From a virus, in UHGV virus genome UHGV-1360762: a stretch of 25,018 bases of DNA. One strand, written 5' to 3'. The position numbers and the translations under genes were made by a program. This document shows positions 8,353 to 15,980 of this stretch, in pieces (position 1 is the stretch's first letter; each line of letters starts with the position of its first letter). Below the pieces are notes generated by a model that was given only the letters and a program-made list of their open reading frames with translations, made no database searches and had not been told where the DNA came from.

Positions 8353-8553
8353 TCAGGCAGCTTTGTTGTTCTGTTTACCAAGTTCTCTGGCAATCATTGC
8401 CGTCGTTCGTATTGCCCATTTATCGACATATTTCCCATCTTCCATTACAGGAAACATTTCTTCAGGCTTAACCATGCATTCCGATTGCAGCTTGCATCCA
8501 TTGCATCGCTTGAATTGTCCACACCATTGATTTGTATCAATAGTCGTAGTCAT
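8353..8553 (-). CDS. ral: Ral (restriction alleviation), lambda-like
   Basis: 66-aa MTTTIDTNQWCGQFKRCNGCKLQSECMVKPEEMFPVMEDGKYVDKWAIRTTAMIARELGKQNNKAA matches recalled lambda Ral in length and sequence. Confidence 0.8.
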   Translation of the reverse strand: MTTTIDTNQWCGQFKRCNGCKLQSECMVKPEEMFPVMEDGKYVDKWAIRTTAMIARELGKQNNKAA

Positions 8554-8623
8554 ACGGATAGTCCTGGTATTGTTCCATCACATCCTGAGGATGCTCTTCG
8601 AACTCTTCAAATTCTTCTTCCAT
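8537..8623 (-). CDS. orf28-like acidic micro-ORF (28 aa, MEEEFEEFEEHPQDVMEQYQDYPYDYDY)
   Basis: Not in the track (under 60 aa). GAGGTG 4 nt upstream of ATG; overlaps the ral start as lambda orf28 does. Confidence 0.45.
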   Translation of the reverse strand: MEEEFEEFEEHPQDVMEQYQDYPYDYDY

Positions 8624-8631
8624 ATATCACC

Positions 8632-8931
8632 TCAAATAAGTGGTTTGCTGCCTAATTTCATTTTCTGGCGACCAACACAAGTCACCCCCATTTCACTGCG
8701 TGGCTTGCGGTAGTAAATACGGTTCTGTTTACGCTCGACTTCATCTGCCTTCTTGCAGAGAAGGCTTCCGAGTGATGCTGCTTTGTCTGCTCTGACGCAA
8801 CCAGAGAGCTTTAGCGCAATTTTTCGCGCCAGTCGCTGCTCTTGCATCGCCTGTTCACGTTGAGCCTGTCTGCGTGCTCTGCGGCGATTTCTGGCGTTAT
8901 CGTCAGCCAGATATGTAATGACTACTGTCAT
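8632..8931 (-). CDS. N: N-type transcription antiterminator with arginine-rich motif (phage-21-like)
   Basis: ARM NARNRRRARRQAQREQ near the N-terminus; C-terminal half resembles recalled phage 21 N (…KPRSEMGVTCVGRQK.KLGSKPLI); first gene downstream of pL/nutL; GGAGGT RBS. Confidence 0.85.
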   Translation of the reverse strand: MTVVITYLADDNARNRRRARRQAQREQAMQEQRLARKIALKLSGCVRADKAASLGSLLCKKADEVERKQNRIYYRKPRSEMGVTCVGRQKMKLGSKPLI

Positions 8932-9331
8932 GTTGACCTCCGATGAAACAACTTTGGAATTTTTTTTATTACAAAGTGGTTTCCTTCCCCGCCAATTAGA
9001 CGGGGATGGAAGAGCATTTATGAGCCTTCATGGACTCTGCTCGATCAGTTCTATTTAATTAATCTCTCAACTGAATGTAAGTATTCACATAAATCCTCCT
9101 ACCTCTTGTGCAGCTTTCTTGAATATGGTGGCGGCTGCATAACGCCTATGGAATTGACTTTGGCGATTGGATGGCCGGTGCTGAACTCCGGCTTACTGGT
9201 TAGAGCGCCCGCACTACCAGTGACGCTGTCTTGAGGCGCAGATTGGTTACTGCTTGCCATGAGCGCTGTTTATACATTGGTCGAGCATCAGCCTGCTCAT
9301 TCATCCAATCCCAAAGCCAACTACTCTTTGG

Positions 9332-9373
9332 TTCCCGCATTTCGGCGGGACAATCCCATCAATGTTAAAGAGC
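9332..9373 (-). promoter_or_regulatory. nutL: nutL (boxA GCTCTTTAACA and boxB hairpin TCCCGCCGAAATGCGGGA)
   Basis: Reverse complement of 9332-9373 reads GCTCTTTAACATTGATGGGATTGTCCCGCCGAAATGCGGGAA; boxA and boxB are identical to the nutR copy at 10462-10507. Confidence 0.8.
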
Positions 9374-9414
9374 CTGCCAATCTGTTCCGTTTGGCTACCA
9401 GCGTCCTGCTGATG

Positions 9415-9500
9415 GCTTAAATTTAAGATCTCTTTAATTAATGGTCAAGAGTATTTTTGAAGAAAACTTAAATTTTCTTTCGTAACTTAAGTTTGGCTTT
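9415..9500 (-). promoter_or_regulatory. OL operators and pL promoter (P22-type operator half-sites)
   Basis: ATTTAAGATCTCTTTAAT at 9421-9438 resembles P22 18-bp operators; minus-strand TTGACC (rc of 9443-9448) with downstream TAAAT-type -10; sits between the cI terminator and nutL. Confidence 0.6.
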
Positions 9501-9515
9501 GATTTTTAAAGGAAA

Positions 9516-9541
9516 TAAAAAAAGGGGCGAATGCCCCCTTA
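9516..9541 (-). terminator. Rho-independent terminator immediately 3' of the repressor gene
   Basis: AAAAAAAGGGGCGAATGCCCCCTT; on the minus strand GGGGGCATTCGCCCC followed by TTTTTTT. Confidence 0.75.
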
Positions 9542-10189
9542 TGGAAGGTTTGCTAGTTTTGCATCGACAACTACGCCGATGATTTTGCAGTTTCCGTTGA
9601 TCTCGATCATCGGATATTGTGGGTTAAGTGGTTTTAGAAACTTCCTGCCTGCATCAATAACTAACTTCTTGAAAGTTGCCTCGTTTTCTCCTTCGAGCTT
9701 TGCAACTACCAGTTTCCCGTTACGCGGCTCTACTTCAGGATCGACGAGTATTATCATTCCTTCAGGGATACTGAGACCGGCCGGAGCCGTCATTGAGTCT
9801 CCCTTCACGTCCAACCAAAACGAATCTTCTGAACAGTCTACGGTTGTATCGTACCAGTTATCTATTGCACGCTTATGATATGGTTCTACAGCTTCCATCC
9901 AGCATCCTGCGCTCACCCAGCTAATCAGAGGGTATGACCCTCTTGGATCATGCCTACTGTGATAGGCAATGTTTGAAAGACTTTCCTCTCCTTTCATCAG
10001 ATAGTCAGGGGAACACTTCAACGCATTAGCCAGGGCGAGAAGATTCTCTCCATTTGGCTCTGTCTCAGAGCGTTCCCACTGAGATATGGCAACATTAGAC
10101 ACGCCGACCATCTTTCCAAGTGCGGCCTGCCTGATCTTGAGTTCTTTTCTCCGAGCGCGAATGCGCTCTCCCATCAATTGAGTTTTCAT
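9539..10189 (-). CDS. cI: Prophage repressor, P22 C2-type (HTH N-domain, LexA-like autocleavage C-domain)
   Basis: 216-aa protein near-identical to recalled P22 C2 (…TQLMGERIRARRK.LKIRQAALGKMVGVSNVAISQWERSETEPNGENLLAL…). Confidence 0.95.
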   Translation of the reverse strand: MKTQLMGERIRARRKELKIRQAALGKMVGVSNVAISQWERSETEPNGENLLALANALKCSPDYLMKGEESLSNIAYHSRHDPRGSYPLISWVSAGCWMEAVEPYHKRAIDNWYDTTVDCSEDSFWLDVKGDSMTAPAGLSIPEGMIILVDPEVEPRNGKLVVAKLEGENEATFKKLVIDAGRKFLKPLNPQYPMIEINGNCKIIGVVVDAKLANLP

Positions 10190-10262
10190 AGTTAAGACAT
10201 CTTAAATAAACTTGACTTAAGATTCCTTTAGTGGATAATTTAAGTGTTCTTTAATTTCGGAG
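10190..10262. promoter_or_regulatory. OR operators with divergent pR and pRM
   Basis: OR1-like ATTTAAGTGTTCTTTAAT at 10238-10255; pR -35 TTGACT (10212-10217), 17-bp spacer, -10 ATAATT (10235-10240). Confidence 0.75.
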
Positions 10263-10269
10263 CGAGTCT

Positions 10270-10455
10270 ATGTACAAGAAAGATGTTATCGACCACTTCG
10301 GAACCCAGCGTGCTGTAGCTAAAGCGTTAGGCATTAGCGACGCAGCAGTCTCTCAGTGGAAGGAAGTCATCCCAGAGAAAGACGCCTATCGACTGGAAGT
10401 CGTTACAGCTGGCGCCCTGAAGTATCAAGAAAGCGCTTACCGCAAAGCGGCATAA
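10270..10455 (+). CDS. cro: Cro, P22-type
   Basis: 61-aa MYKKDVIDHFGTQRAVAKALGISDAAVSQWKEVIPEKDAYRLEVVTAGALKYQESAYRKAA matches recalled P22 Cro. Confidence 0.93.
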   Translation: MYKKDVIDHFGTQRAVAKALGISDAAVSQWKEVIPEKDAYRLEVVTAGALKYQESAYRKAA

Positions 10456-10461
10456 GCAAAT

Positions 10462-10507
10462 TGCTCTTTAACAGTCATGGTCCTCATTCCCGCCGAAATG
10501 CGGGAAT
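10462..10507 (+). promoter_or_regulatory. nutR: nutR (boxA TGCTCTTTAACA, boxB TTCCCGCCGAAATGCGGGAA)
   Basis: boxA-like element followed by a boxB stem-loop between cro and cII; same boxA/boxB as nutL. Confidence 0.8.
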
Positions 10508-10512
10508 ACAAC

Positions 10513-10545
10513 GCGCATAAGTTGATGCGCATAACTTCTTATTTG
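10513..10545 (+). terminator. tR1-like terminator hairpin (GCGCAT AAGTTG ATGCGC) with downstream T-rich tract
   Basis: 6-bp perfect stem followed by ATAACTTCTTATTTG, just after nutR and before cII. Confidence 0.55.
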
Positions 10546-10563
10546 TTAAGGAAATACTTACAT

Positions 10564-10857
10564 ATGGTTCGTGCAAACAAACGCAACGAGGCTCTACGAA
10601 TCGAGAGTGCGTTGCTTAACAAAATCGCAATGCTTGGAACTGAGAAGACAGCGGAAGCTGTGGGGGTTGATAAGTCGCAGATCAGCAGGTGGAAGAGGGA
10701 CTGGATTCCAAAGTTCTCAATGCTGCTTGCTGTTCTTGAATGGGGTGTCGTTGACGACGACATGGCTCGCTTGGCACGACAAGTTGCTTCGATTCTCACC
10801 AATAAAAAACGCCCGGCGGCAACCGAGCGTTCTGATCAAATACAAATGGAATTTTAA
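10564..10857 (+). CDS. cII: cII transcriptional activator, lambda-like
   Basis: MVRANKRNEALRIESALLNKIAMLGTEKTAEAVGVDKSQISRWKRDWIPKFSMLLAVLEWGVVDDD... matches recalled lambda cII (97 aa). Track ORF starts earlier, but the ATG at 10564 gives the canonical N-terminus. Confidence 0.93.
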   Translation: MVRANKRNEALRIESALLNKIAMLGTEKTAEAVGVDKSQISRWKRDWIPKFSMLLAVLEWGVVDDDMARLARQVASILTNKKRPAATERSDQIQMEF

Positions 10858-10879
10858 CAACATCCAACGAGGTAATTAT

Positions 10880-11152
10880 ATGCGAAACAAAGGCTTTAAT
10901 CCACCTGATACACACAAAGAAGCTAAGCGTTTGCGCTTCCTTCGTTCCATTGATGAAAGAACTCAAATCTCTTTTGTGAAAGTTGCCAGAACTGAGCTTC
11001 TGAAGGCTGAGGCGAGGGCGTTGCTCCCGTCTCTACCAAAAGAGGAGGGATATACGTTCATTCCAAACGCATTTCTGGAAAAGCTGCTCAAAGAAGACAT
11101 ATCCGTAGGTCAGTTTAACGATGTTCTTAAGGTCTTTCGTCAAGGCAGGTAG
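10880..11152 (+). CDS. Hypothetical protein (90 aa) between cII and the replication initiator
   Basis: ATG at 10880 preceded by GAGGT; in the frame of the long track ORF 10571..11152. No recognised family; lambda has no gene at this position. Confidence 0.5.
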   Translation: MRNKGFNPPDTHKEAKRLRFLRSIDERTQISFVKVARTELLKAEARALLPSLPKEEGYTFIPNAFLEKLLKEDISVGQFNDVLKVFRQGR

Positions 11153-11154
11153 TT

Positions 11155-12102
11155 ATGAGCAATACAGCAAAAATCTACGATTTCAGCGCCGCACACGAGC
11201 GCAGGAGCAACAGGATGGAGAACCAGAAAACTGGTTACATTCCGTTGTACCGGAGCATTCTGAAACAGTCATGGGCGAAAGATGTTTATCTTCGCACCAT
11301 GTGGGAAAACCTTCTCCTGAATGCCGCCAGAAAGCCATACAAAGCGAATTTCAAAGGTAATGAATGGCATCTGCAACCCGGTCAACTGGTTGTGACAGCA
11401 GCTGATTTAGGTCTTCAGTTATGCGACAGACATGGCAAGCCAGCAAGCCGTGATCAGGTTGAGCGGATGCTTCAGGTTTTTGTGAAAGAGGGGATGATCT
11501 CCATTGATGGAGAGAAGCAAAAAGGTCGTGTGATAACAATCACAAATTACCATGAATATGCTCAAAAAATGGACAATTTACCCGCACATGAAGCCGCACA
11601 AACAACCGCACATGATGACGCACATGGCGAAGCCAGTAATGGCGCGGCTTTCAGCGTACATGCCACACATGAAAGCGCACATGAAGCCGCACAAACAACC
11701 GCACATCATGAACAAGAAGGTATTAACAAGAATATAAATAATACCCCCCTACCCCCCAATGGGGGCGGCGATGGGCAGGTTAAACCTGAACGTCGCAAGG
11801 CAGAACGAATCGACTACGAATCCTTCCTGAGCGCCTACAACACCGAAGTCGGTGACAGACTTCCACACGCTGTTGCGGTCAACGAGAAACGCAAACGCCG
11901 CCTGAAGAAAATCATCCCGCAACTGAAAACGCCAAACGTGGACGGTTTCAGGGCGTATGTCAGGGCGTTTGTGCATCAGGCCAAGCCGTTTTACTTCGGA
12001 GACAACGACACGGGCTGGACGGCCGATTTTGATTACCTGCTGAGGGAAGATTCGTTAACGGGAGTTCGGGAAGGGAAGTTTGCAGACAGGGGGATTGCAT
12101 GA
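11155..12102 (+). CDS. O: Replication initiator, O-like (origin-binding)
   Basis: Position after cII; iteron repeats and AT-rich tract inside the coding sequence as in lambda O/ori; followed by a helicase gene with ATGA overlap. Confidence 0.8.
   Translation: MSNTAKIYDFSAAHERRSNRMENQKTGYIPLYRSILKQSWAKDVYLRTMWENLLLNAARKPYKANFKGNEWHLQPGQLVVTAADLGLQLCDRHGKPASRDQVERMLQVFVKEGMISIDGEKQKGRVITITNYHEYAQKMDNLPAHEAAQTTAHDDAHGEASNGAAFSVHATHESAHEAAQTTAHHEQEGINKNINNTPLPPNGGGDGQVKPERRKAERIDYESFLSAYNTEVGDRLPHAVAVNEKRKRRLKKIIPQLKTPNVDGFRAYVRAFVHQAKPFYFGDNDTGWTADFDYLLREDSLTGVREGKFADRGIA
11580..11745. repeat. ori: Replication origin: iterons within the O-like gene plus adjacent AT-rich tract
   Basis: 29-bp direct repeat CACATGAAGCCGCACAAACAACCGCACAT at 11585-11613 and 11678-11706, further GCACATG-type motifs between, then AACAAGAAGGTATTAACAAGAATATAAATAATA. 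Confidence 0.7.
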
Positions 12103-13475
12103 AACAGGATATCGAAGCGAGCGTTATCGGTGGCCTGCTGATTGGTGGATTAACACCAACTGCCAGTGACGTTCTGGCAACGCTGGAGCCGGAAGCGTTT
12201 TCAATTCCGCTCTACCGGAAAGCCTTCGAGGTTATCCGGAAGCAGGCGAGAAACAGAAACCTAATCGACGCGCTGATGGTTGCCGAGGCGTGCGGAGAGG
12301 AGCATTTCACGTCAATCCTGATGACCAGCAAAAACTGCCCGAGTGCCGCAAACCTGAAGGGATATGCCGGAATGGTCGCGGATAACTATCACCGCCGTCT
12401 GGTGCTGGAAATCATGGATGAAATGCGTGAACCAATTCAGAGCGGAACCATCGATACATCGAGTCAGGCGATGGACGAGCTTGTAAAGCATCTCTCAGCC
12501 ATCAGAAAGCCCCGTGACGAGGTAAAACCTGTACGGTTAGGGGAAATCATTACTGACTACACTGACACGCTTGACAGGCGTCTGAGGAACGGAGAAGAGT
12601 CAGATACCCTGAAGACCGGAATCGAAGAACTTGATGCCATCACCGGAGGGATGAACGCGGAAGACCTGGTGATAATCGCTGCTCGTCCTGGTATGGGGAA
12701 AACCGAACTGGCGCTGAAGATTGCCGAAGGCGTTGCAAGCCGCGTTATTCCTGGTTCTGACGTCCGACGCGGGGTATTGATTTTCTCAATGGAAATGAGC
12801 GCATTGCAGATTGCAGAGCGAAGCATTGCCAACGCCGGGAGGATGTCGGTTAGCGTACTGCGAAATCCTGCATCGATGGATGACGAAGGCTGGGCGCGTG
12901 TTGCTAACGGCATGAGTCAGCTTGCAGATTTGGATGTATGGGTAGTCGATGCCTCGCGGTTATCGGTCGAAGAAATACGCTCAATCGCAGAACGACACAA
13001 ACAGGAAAATCCAAACCTGTCACTCATCATGGCGGATTATCTTGGCCTGATTGAGAAGCCGAAAGCAGACCGCAACGACCTCGCAATTGCTCACATCTCA
13101 GGAAGCCTGAAGGCGATGGCGAAAGACCTGAAAACACCGGTTATTTCCCTGAGTCAGCTTTCACGCGATGTTGAGAAGCGACCAAACAAACGCCCGACAA
13201 ACGCAGATTTGCGTGATTCAGGAAGCATTGAACAGGACGCAGACTCAATCATCATGCTCTATCGGGAAGCTGTATATGACGAGAACAGTAGCGCCGCGCC
13301 ATTTGCTGAAATCATTGTGACGAAAAACCGTTTTGGCTCACTTGGTACGGTTTACCAGCGGTTCTGCAACGGACACTTTGTTGCATGTGACCAGGATGAA
13401 GCCAGACAGATTTGCACAGCATCAAATGCACCTGCTGCGCGTGGCAGACGATATGCACAAGGGGCTGACGTATGA
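12099..13475 (+). CDS. Replicative DNA helicase, DnaB-like (P22 gp12-type)
   Basis: 458-aa protein with Walker [10 protein letters not shown] and DnaB-like C-terminal domain; takes the place of lambda P. Confidence 0.88.
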   Translation: MKQDIEASVIGGLLIGGLTPTASDVLATLEPEAFSIPLYRKAFEVIRKQARNRNLIDALMVAEACGEEHFTSILMTSKNCPSAANLKGYAGMVADNYHRRLVLEIMDEMREPIQSGTIDTSSQAMDELVKHLSAIRKPRDEVKPVRLGEIITDYTDTLDRRLRNGEESDTLKTGIEELDAITGGMNAEDLVIIAARPGMGKTELALKIAEGVASRVIPGSDVRRGVLIFSMEMSALQIAERSIANAGRMSVSVLRNPASMDDEGWARVANGMSQLADLDVWVVDASRLSVEEIRSIAERHKQENPNLSLIMADYLGLIEKPKADRNDLAIAHISGSLKAMAKDLKTPVISLSQLSRDVEKRPNKRPTNADLRDSGSIEQDADSIIMLYREAVYDENSSAAPFAEIIVTKNRFGSLGTVYQRFCNGHFVACDQDEARQICTASNAPAARGRRYAQGADV

Positions 13476-13500
13476 CCATCTACATCACTGAGCTAATAAC

Positions 13501-13531
13501 AGGCCTGCTGGTAATCGCAGGCCTTTTTATT
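13501..13531 (+). terminator. tR2-like rho-independent terminator after the helicase gene
   Basis: AGGCCTGC TGGTAATC GCAGGCCT stem-loop followed by TTTTTATTT. Confidence 0.75.
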
Positions 13532-13547
13532 TGGGGGAGGGTAAATC

Positions 13548-13754
13548 GTGGTTGAATTTATGCTCGTCGCACTCAAATTCGTTGGCGTTGGATGGATTCT
13601 TCTGACGTTTTTTATTGTTCTGCATAGCTACATTCGTCTTGTGAATGACGGTAAAGAACCATGGTATACGTTGTTTGGTGCTGCATTTGTCTGGGTGATT
13701 ATCGGTGTTATGCCTGTCGCTGTAGCCAAAATGGCGTGGCGTTTTTTTAGTTGA
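13548..13754 (+). CDS. Small predicted membrane protein (68 aa, two hydrophobic helices)
   Basis: GTG start 7 nt after GGGGGAGGG; two hydrophobic segments (LVALKFVGVGWILLTFFIVL and LFGAAFVWVIIGVMPVAVA). Confidence 0.55.
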   Translation: MVEFMLVALKFVGVGWILLTFFIVLHSYIRLVNDGKEPWYTLFGAAFVWVIIGVMPVAVAKMAWRFFS

Positions 13755-13755
13755 G

Positions 13756-14208
13756 GTGACAATGAAGCAAATATACATGCTTCGCAACGAAGCAATCAGA
13801 AACAACGCCATAGACGCAATACTCTCACTTCCGATCGACGACAAGTCACCTCACGAAGTCCACGTTAAAGAACCCAAGCGGAGCAATCCTCAAAACCGCC
13901 TTATGTGGGCGTTATTGCAGGACGTATCGCGTCAGGTGCTTTGGCATGGAAAGAGACTTGCGCCGGAGGACTGGAAAGATCTGTTCACTGCCCTGTGGCT
14001 TAAGACCAAAAAACTGGAGCAACGAAGTGCGCCTGGTATCGACGGTGGCGTTGTCATGCTTGGCGTGCGTACCAGCAAAATGCGAAAGGCCAACATGACT
14101 GAGCTTATCGAAATCATGTTCTGGTTCGGCTCAGAGCGCAACGTGCGGTGGAGTGATGACTCCCGGCGAGAGTATGAATGGTCACAACGAAAAGGGGAGG
14201 CTGCATGA
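13756..14208 (+). CDS. ninB: NinB-like recombination protein
   Basis: Collinear similarity to recalled lambda NinB (…QNR.LWA.L.DVSRQV.WHG…, SDD(E)SR.EYEW..R.GE.AA C-terminus). Confidence 0.8.
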   Translation: MTMKQIYMLRNEAIRNNAIDAILSLPIDDKSPHEVHVKEPKRSNPQNRLMWALLQDVSRQVLWHGKRLAPEDWKDLFTALWLKTKKLEQRSAPGIDGGVVMLGVRTSKMRKANMTELIEIMFWFGSERNVRWSDDSRREYEWSQRKGEAA

Positions 14209-14732
14209 CTATCAAATCAAATACGCCAGCACACGACAAGGACTGCTGGCAAACGCCGCTTTGGCTTTTTGATGCACTGGATATTGAGTTTGGATTCTGG
14301 CTGGATTCGGCAGCGAGCGACAAAAATGCTCTATGTGCTCACTGGCTAACTGAGGCCGACGACGCGCTCAATTCTGAGTGGGTAAGCCACGGTGCAATCT
14401 GGAATAACCCACCGTACAGCAATATCAGGCCGTGGGTGGAAAAAGCCGCTGAGCAGTGCATGCAACAGCGACAGACGGTAGTGATGCTTGTGCCAGAGGA
14501 TATGTCAGTAGGATGGTTCAGCAAGGCTCTGGAGAGCGTTGACGAAGTTCGCATCATCACTGATGGACGGATTAATTTTATCGAACCATCGACAGGGCTG
14601 GAGAAGAAGGGGAACAGCAAAGGTTCCATGCTGCTGATTTGGCGACCGTTCATCAGTCCTCGACGGATGTTTACTACCGTATCCAAAGCGGCATTGATGG
14701 CGATCGGGCAGGGCGTAAGGAGGGCGGCATGA
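14205..14732 (+). CDS. Phage DNA N6-adenine methyltransferase (Dam-like)
   Basis: Catalytic motif IV NPPY (WNNPPYSN); ATG at 14205 preceded by AAAGGGGAGG and overlapping the ninB stop; occupies the lambda ninC slot. Confidence 0.75.
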   Translation: MTIKSNTPAHDKDCWQTPLWLFDALDIEFGFWLDSAASDKNALCAHWLTEADDALNSEWVSHGAIWNNPPYSNIRPWVEKAAEQCMQQRQTVVMLVPEDMSVGWFSKALESVDEVRIITDGRINFIEPSTGLEKKGNSKGSMLLIWRPFISPRRMFTTVSKAALMAIGQGVRRAA

Positions 14733-14905
14733 GACGACAGCGACGAAGTATCACCGACATAATCTGTGAAAACTGCAAATACCTTCCAACGAAACGCTCC
14801 AGAAATAAACCCAAGCCAATCCCAAAAGAATCTGACGTAAAAACCTTCAATTACACGGCTCACCTGTGGGATATCCGGTGGCTAAGACATCGTGCGAGGA
14901 AATGA
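14729..14905 (+). CDS. ninE: NinE
   Basis: [58 protein letters not shown] matches recalled lambda NinE; start overlaps the methyltransferase stop. Confidence 0.85.
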   Translation: MRRQRRSITDIICENCKYLPTKRSRNKPKPIPKESDVKTFNYTAHLWDIRWLRHRARK

Positions 14906-15309
14906 CAATGCTTTTAATTCAACCTGGATTTGGACTTAGCATCAAAAAAGGCCACATGTTTGGCGAGAAAGAGTCACAACGAAAAATGGTGTCTATCCGG
15001 TTGCCATTTATCAGTATTTATTGGCTAAACAGGGAGGCAACAAATTATTGGTATACATGCGCCAGAGCAGCATTTAACGACCCTGACTGGTTTGTGAAAA
15101 ACCACCACGCAGTTCGTCAGGCAAAGAGAAAGGCCAACCTGACATACATGAAGGCGTATCAAAAAGCATGGAAAGAACACCGCGATCGATACCAGCAAGA
15201 CATGGAAAAGCTTGAATCAGAAAACATGGAATTAAGACGAAAGCTTGGTGAAGCAAAACGAGATATTGATGCTTACAAGCGACTTTTTAATGGTGAAAGC
15301 CATGCTTAG
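14902..15309 (+). CDS. Hypothetical protein (135 aa) at the ninE-ninF junction, C-terminal coiled coil
   Basis: ATG at 14902 preceded by GAGGAA, overlapping the ninE stop (ATGA). C-terminus [31 protein letters not shown] looks coiled-coil. Same position as P22 ninX; homology not verified. Confidence 0.5.
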   Translation: MTMLLIQPGFGLSIKKGHMFGEKESQRKMVSIRLPFISIYWLNREATNYWYTCARAAFNDPDWFVKNHHAVRQAKRKANLTYMKAYQKAWKEHRDRYQQDMEKLESENMELRRKLGEAKRDIDAYKRLFNGESHA

Positions 15310-15478
15310 TCCATCCCAATCCCTTCAATACCAGAAAGAAAGCGTCGAGCGGGCTTTAACGTGCGCTAACTGCGGTCAGAAGCTGCATGTGCTGGAAGTT
15401 CACGTGTGTGAGCACTGCTGTGCAGAACTGATGAGCGATCCGAATAGCTCAATGTACGAGGAAGAAGACGATGAGTGA
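15302..15478 (+). CDS. ninF: NinF
   Basis: [51 protein letters not shown]... matches recalled lambda NinF. Confidence 0.85.
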   Translation: MLSPSQSLQYQKESVERALTCANCGQKLHVLEVHVCEHCCAELMSDPNSSMYEEEDDE

Positions 15479-15980
15479 TGTTAAAGAAAAAGATATCCCC
15501 GGCTTTGAGGGTATATATAAAGTAACTGAAAATGGAGACATCATTTCATGCCGTAAATCAAAAAAATTATCTCATGGCATTAAACCAGGAGGATATGCAT
15601 TTGTCGGTCTGTATCCAGGTGGCGGGAAAAGACCATCATATAAAATGGTTCACAGAATTGTTGCAGAAGTATTTATTGATAACCCAGATGGCAAACCGGA
15701 AGTTAATCACAAGGATGGAAATAAACTTAATAATAAAGTTGAAAATCTTGAGTGGGTAACGCGAACAGAAAATGCGAAACATGGATTTGATTCCGGATTG
15801 CTTGTTCATGGGTTTAATCATCACTTCTGCAAACTAACGCCAGAACAAGTGAAATCAATATATAAATCAAAAGGCAAATACAGAGATATAGCCAAAGAAT
15901 TTGGTGTTTGTGCGCAGACAGTGTGCAACATAAAAAACAAATCAGCGTACCGACGTTTTTTGGAGGGGATTGATGTTTAG
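15471..15980 (+). CDS. HNH homing endonuclease (NUMOD4-like N-terminus plus HNH_3)
   Basis: GFEGIYKVTENGDIIS (NUMOD4-like) and VHRIVAEVFIDNPDGKPEVNHKDGNKLNNKVENLEWVTRTENAKH (HNH_3-like); coding sequence visibly more AT-rich than neighbours. Confidence 0.8.
   Translation: MSDVKEKDIPGFEGIYKVTENGDIISCRKSKKLSHGIKPGGYAFVGLYPGGGKRPSYKMVHRIVAEVFIDNPDGKPEVNHKDGNKLNNKVENLEWVTRTENAKHGFDSGLLVHGFNHHFCKLTPEQVKSIYKSKGKYRDIAKEFGVCAQTVCNIKNKSAYRRFLEGIDV

Noticed and set aside
8279-8530. Plus-strand 83-aa ORF in the position where lambda carries sieB
   Set aside because: It lies antisense across the ral gene, is far shorter than SieB (about 190 aa), has no convincing RBS and has a low-complexity composition. 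Treated as a spurious antisense ORF.
10477-10857. 126-aa upstream-extended version of cII from the six-frame track
   Set aside because: The extension covers nutR and the tR1 hairpin; the ATG at 10564 gives the canonical cII N-terminus.
10571-11152. 193-aa ORF running through cII in another frame
   Set aside because: Overlaps cII out of frame over most of its length; only the 3' part from the ATG at 10880 (with RBS) is plausible and is annotated separately.
11552-11737. 61-aa His/Met/Lys-rich ORF (MKPHKQPH repeats)
   Set aside because: It is an alternative-frame translation of the origin iterons inside the O-like gene; the periodicity comes from the DNA repeats, not a protein.
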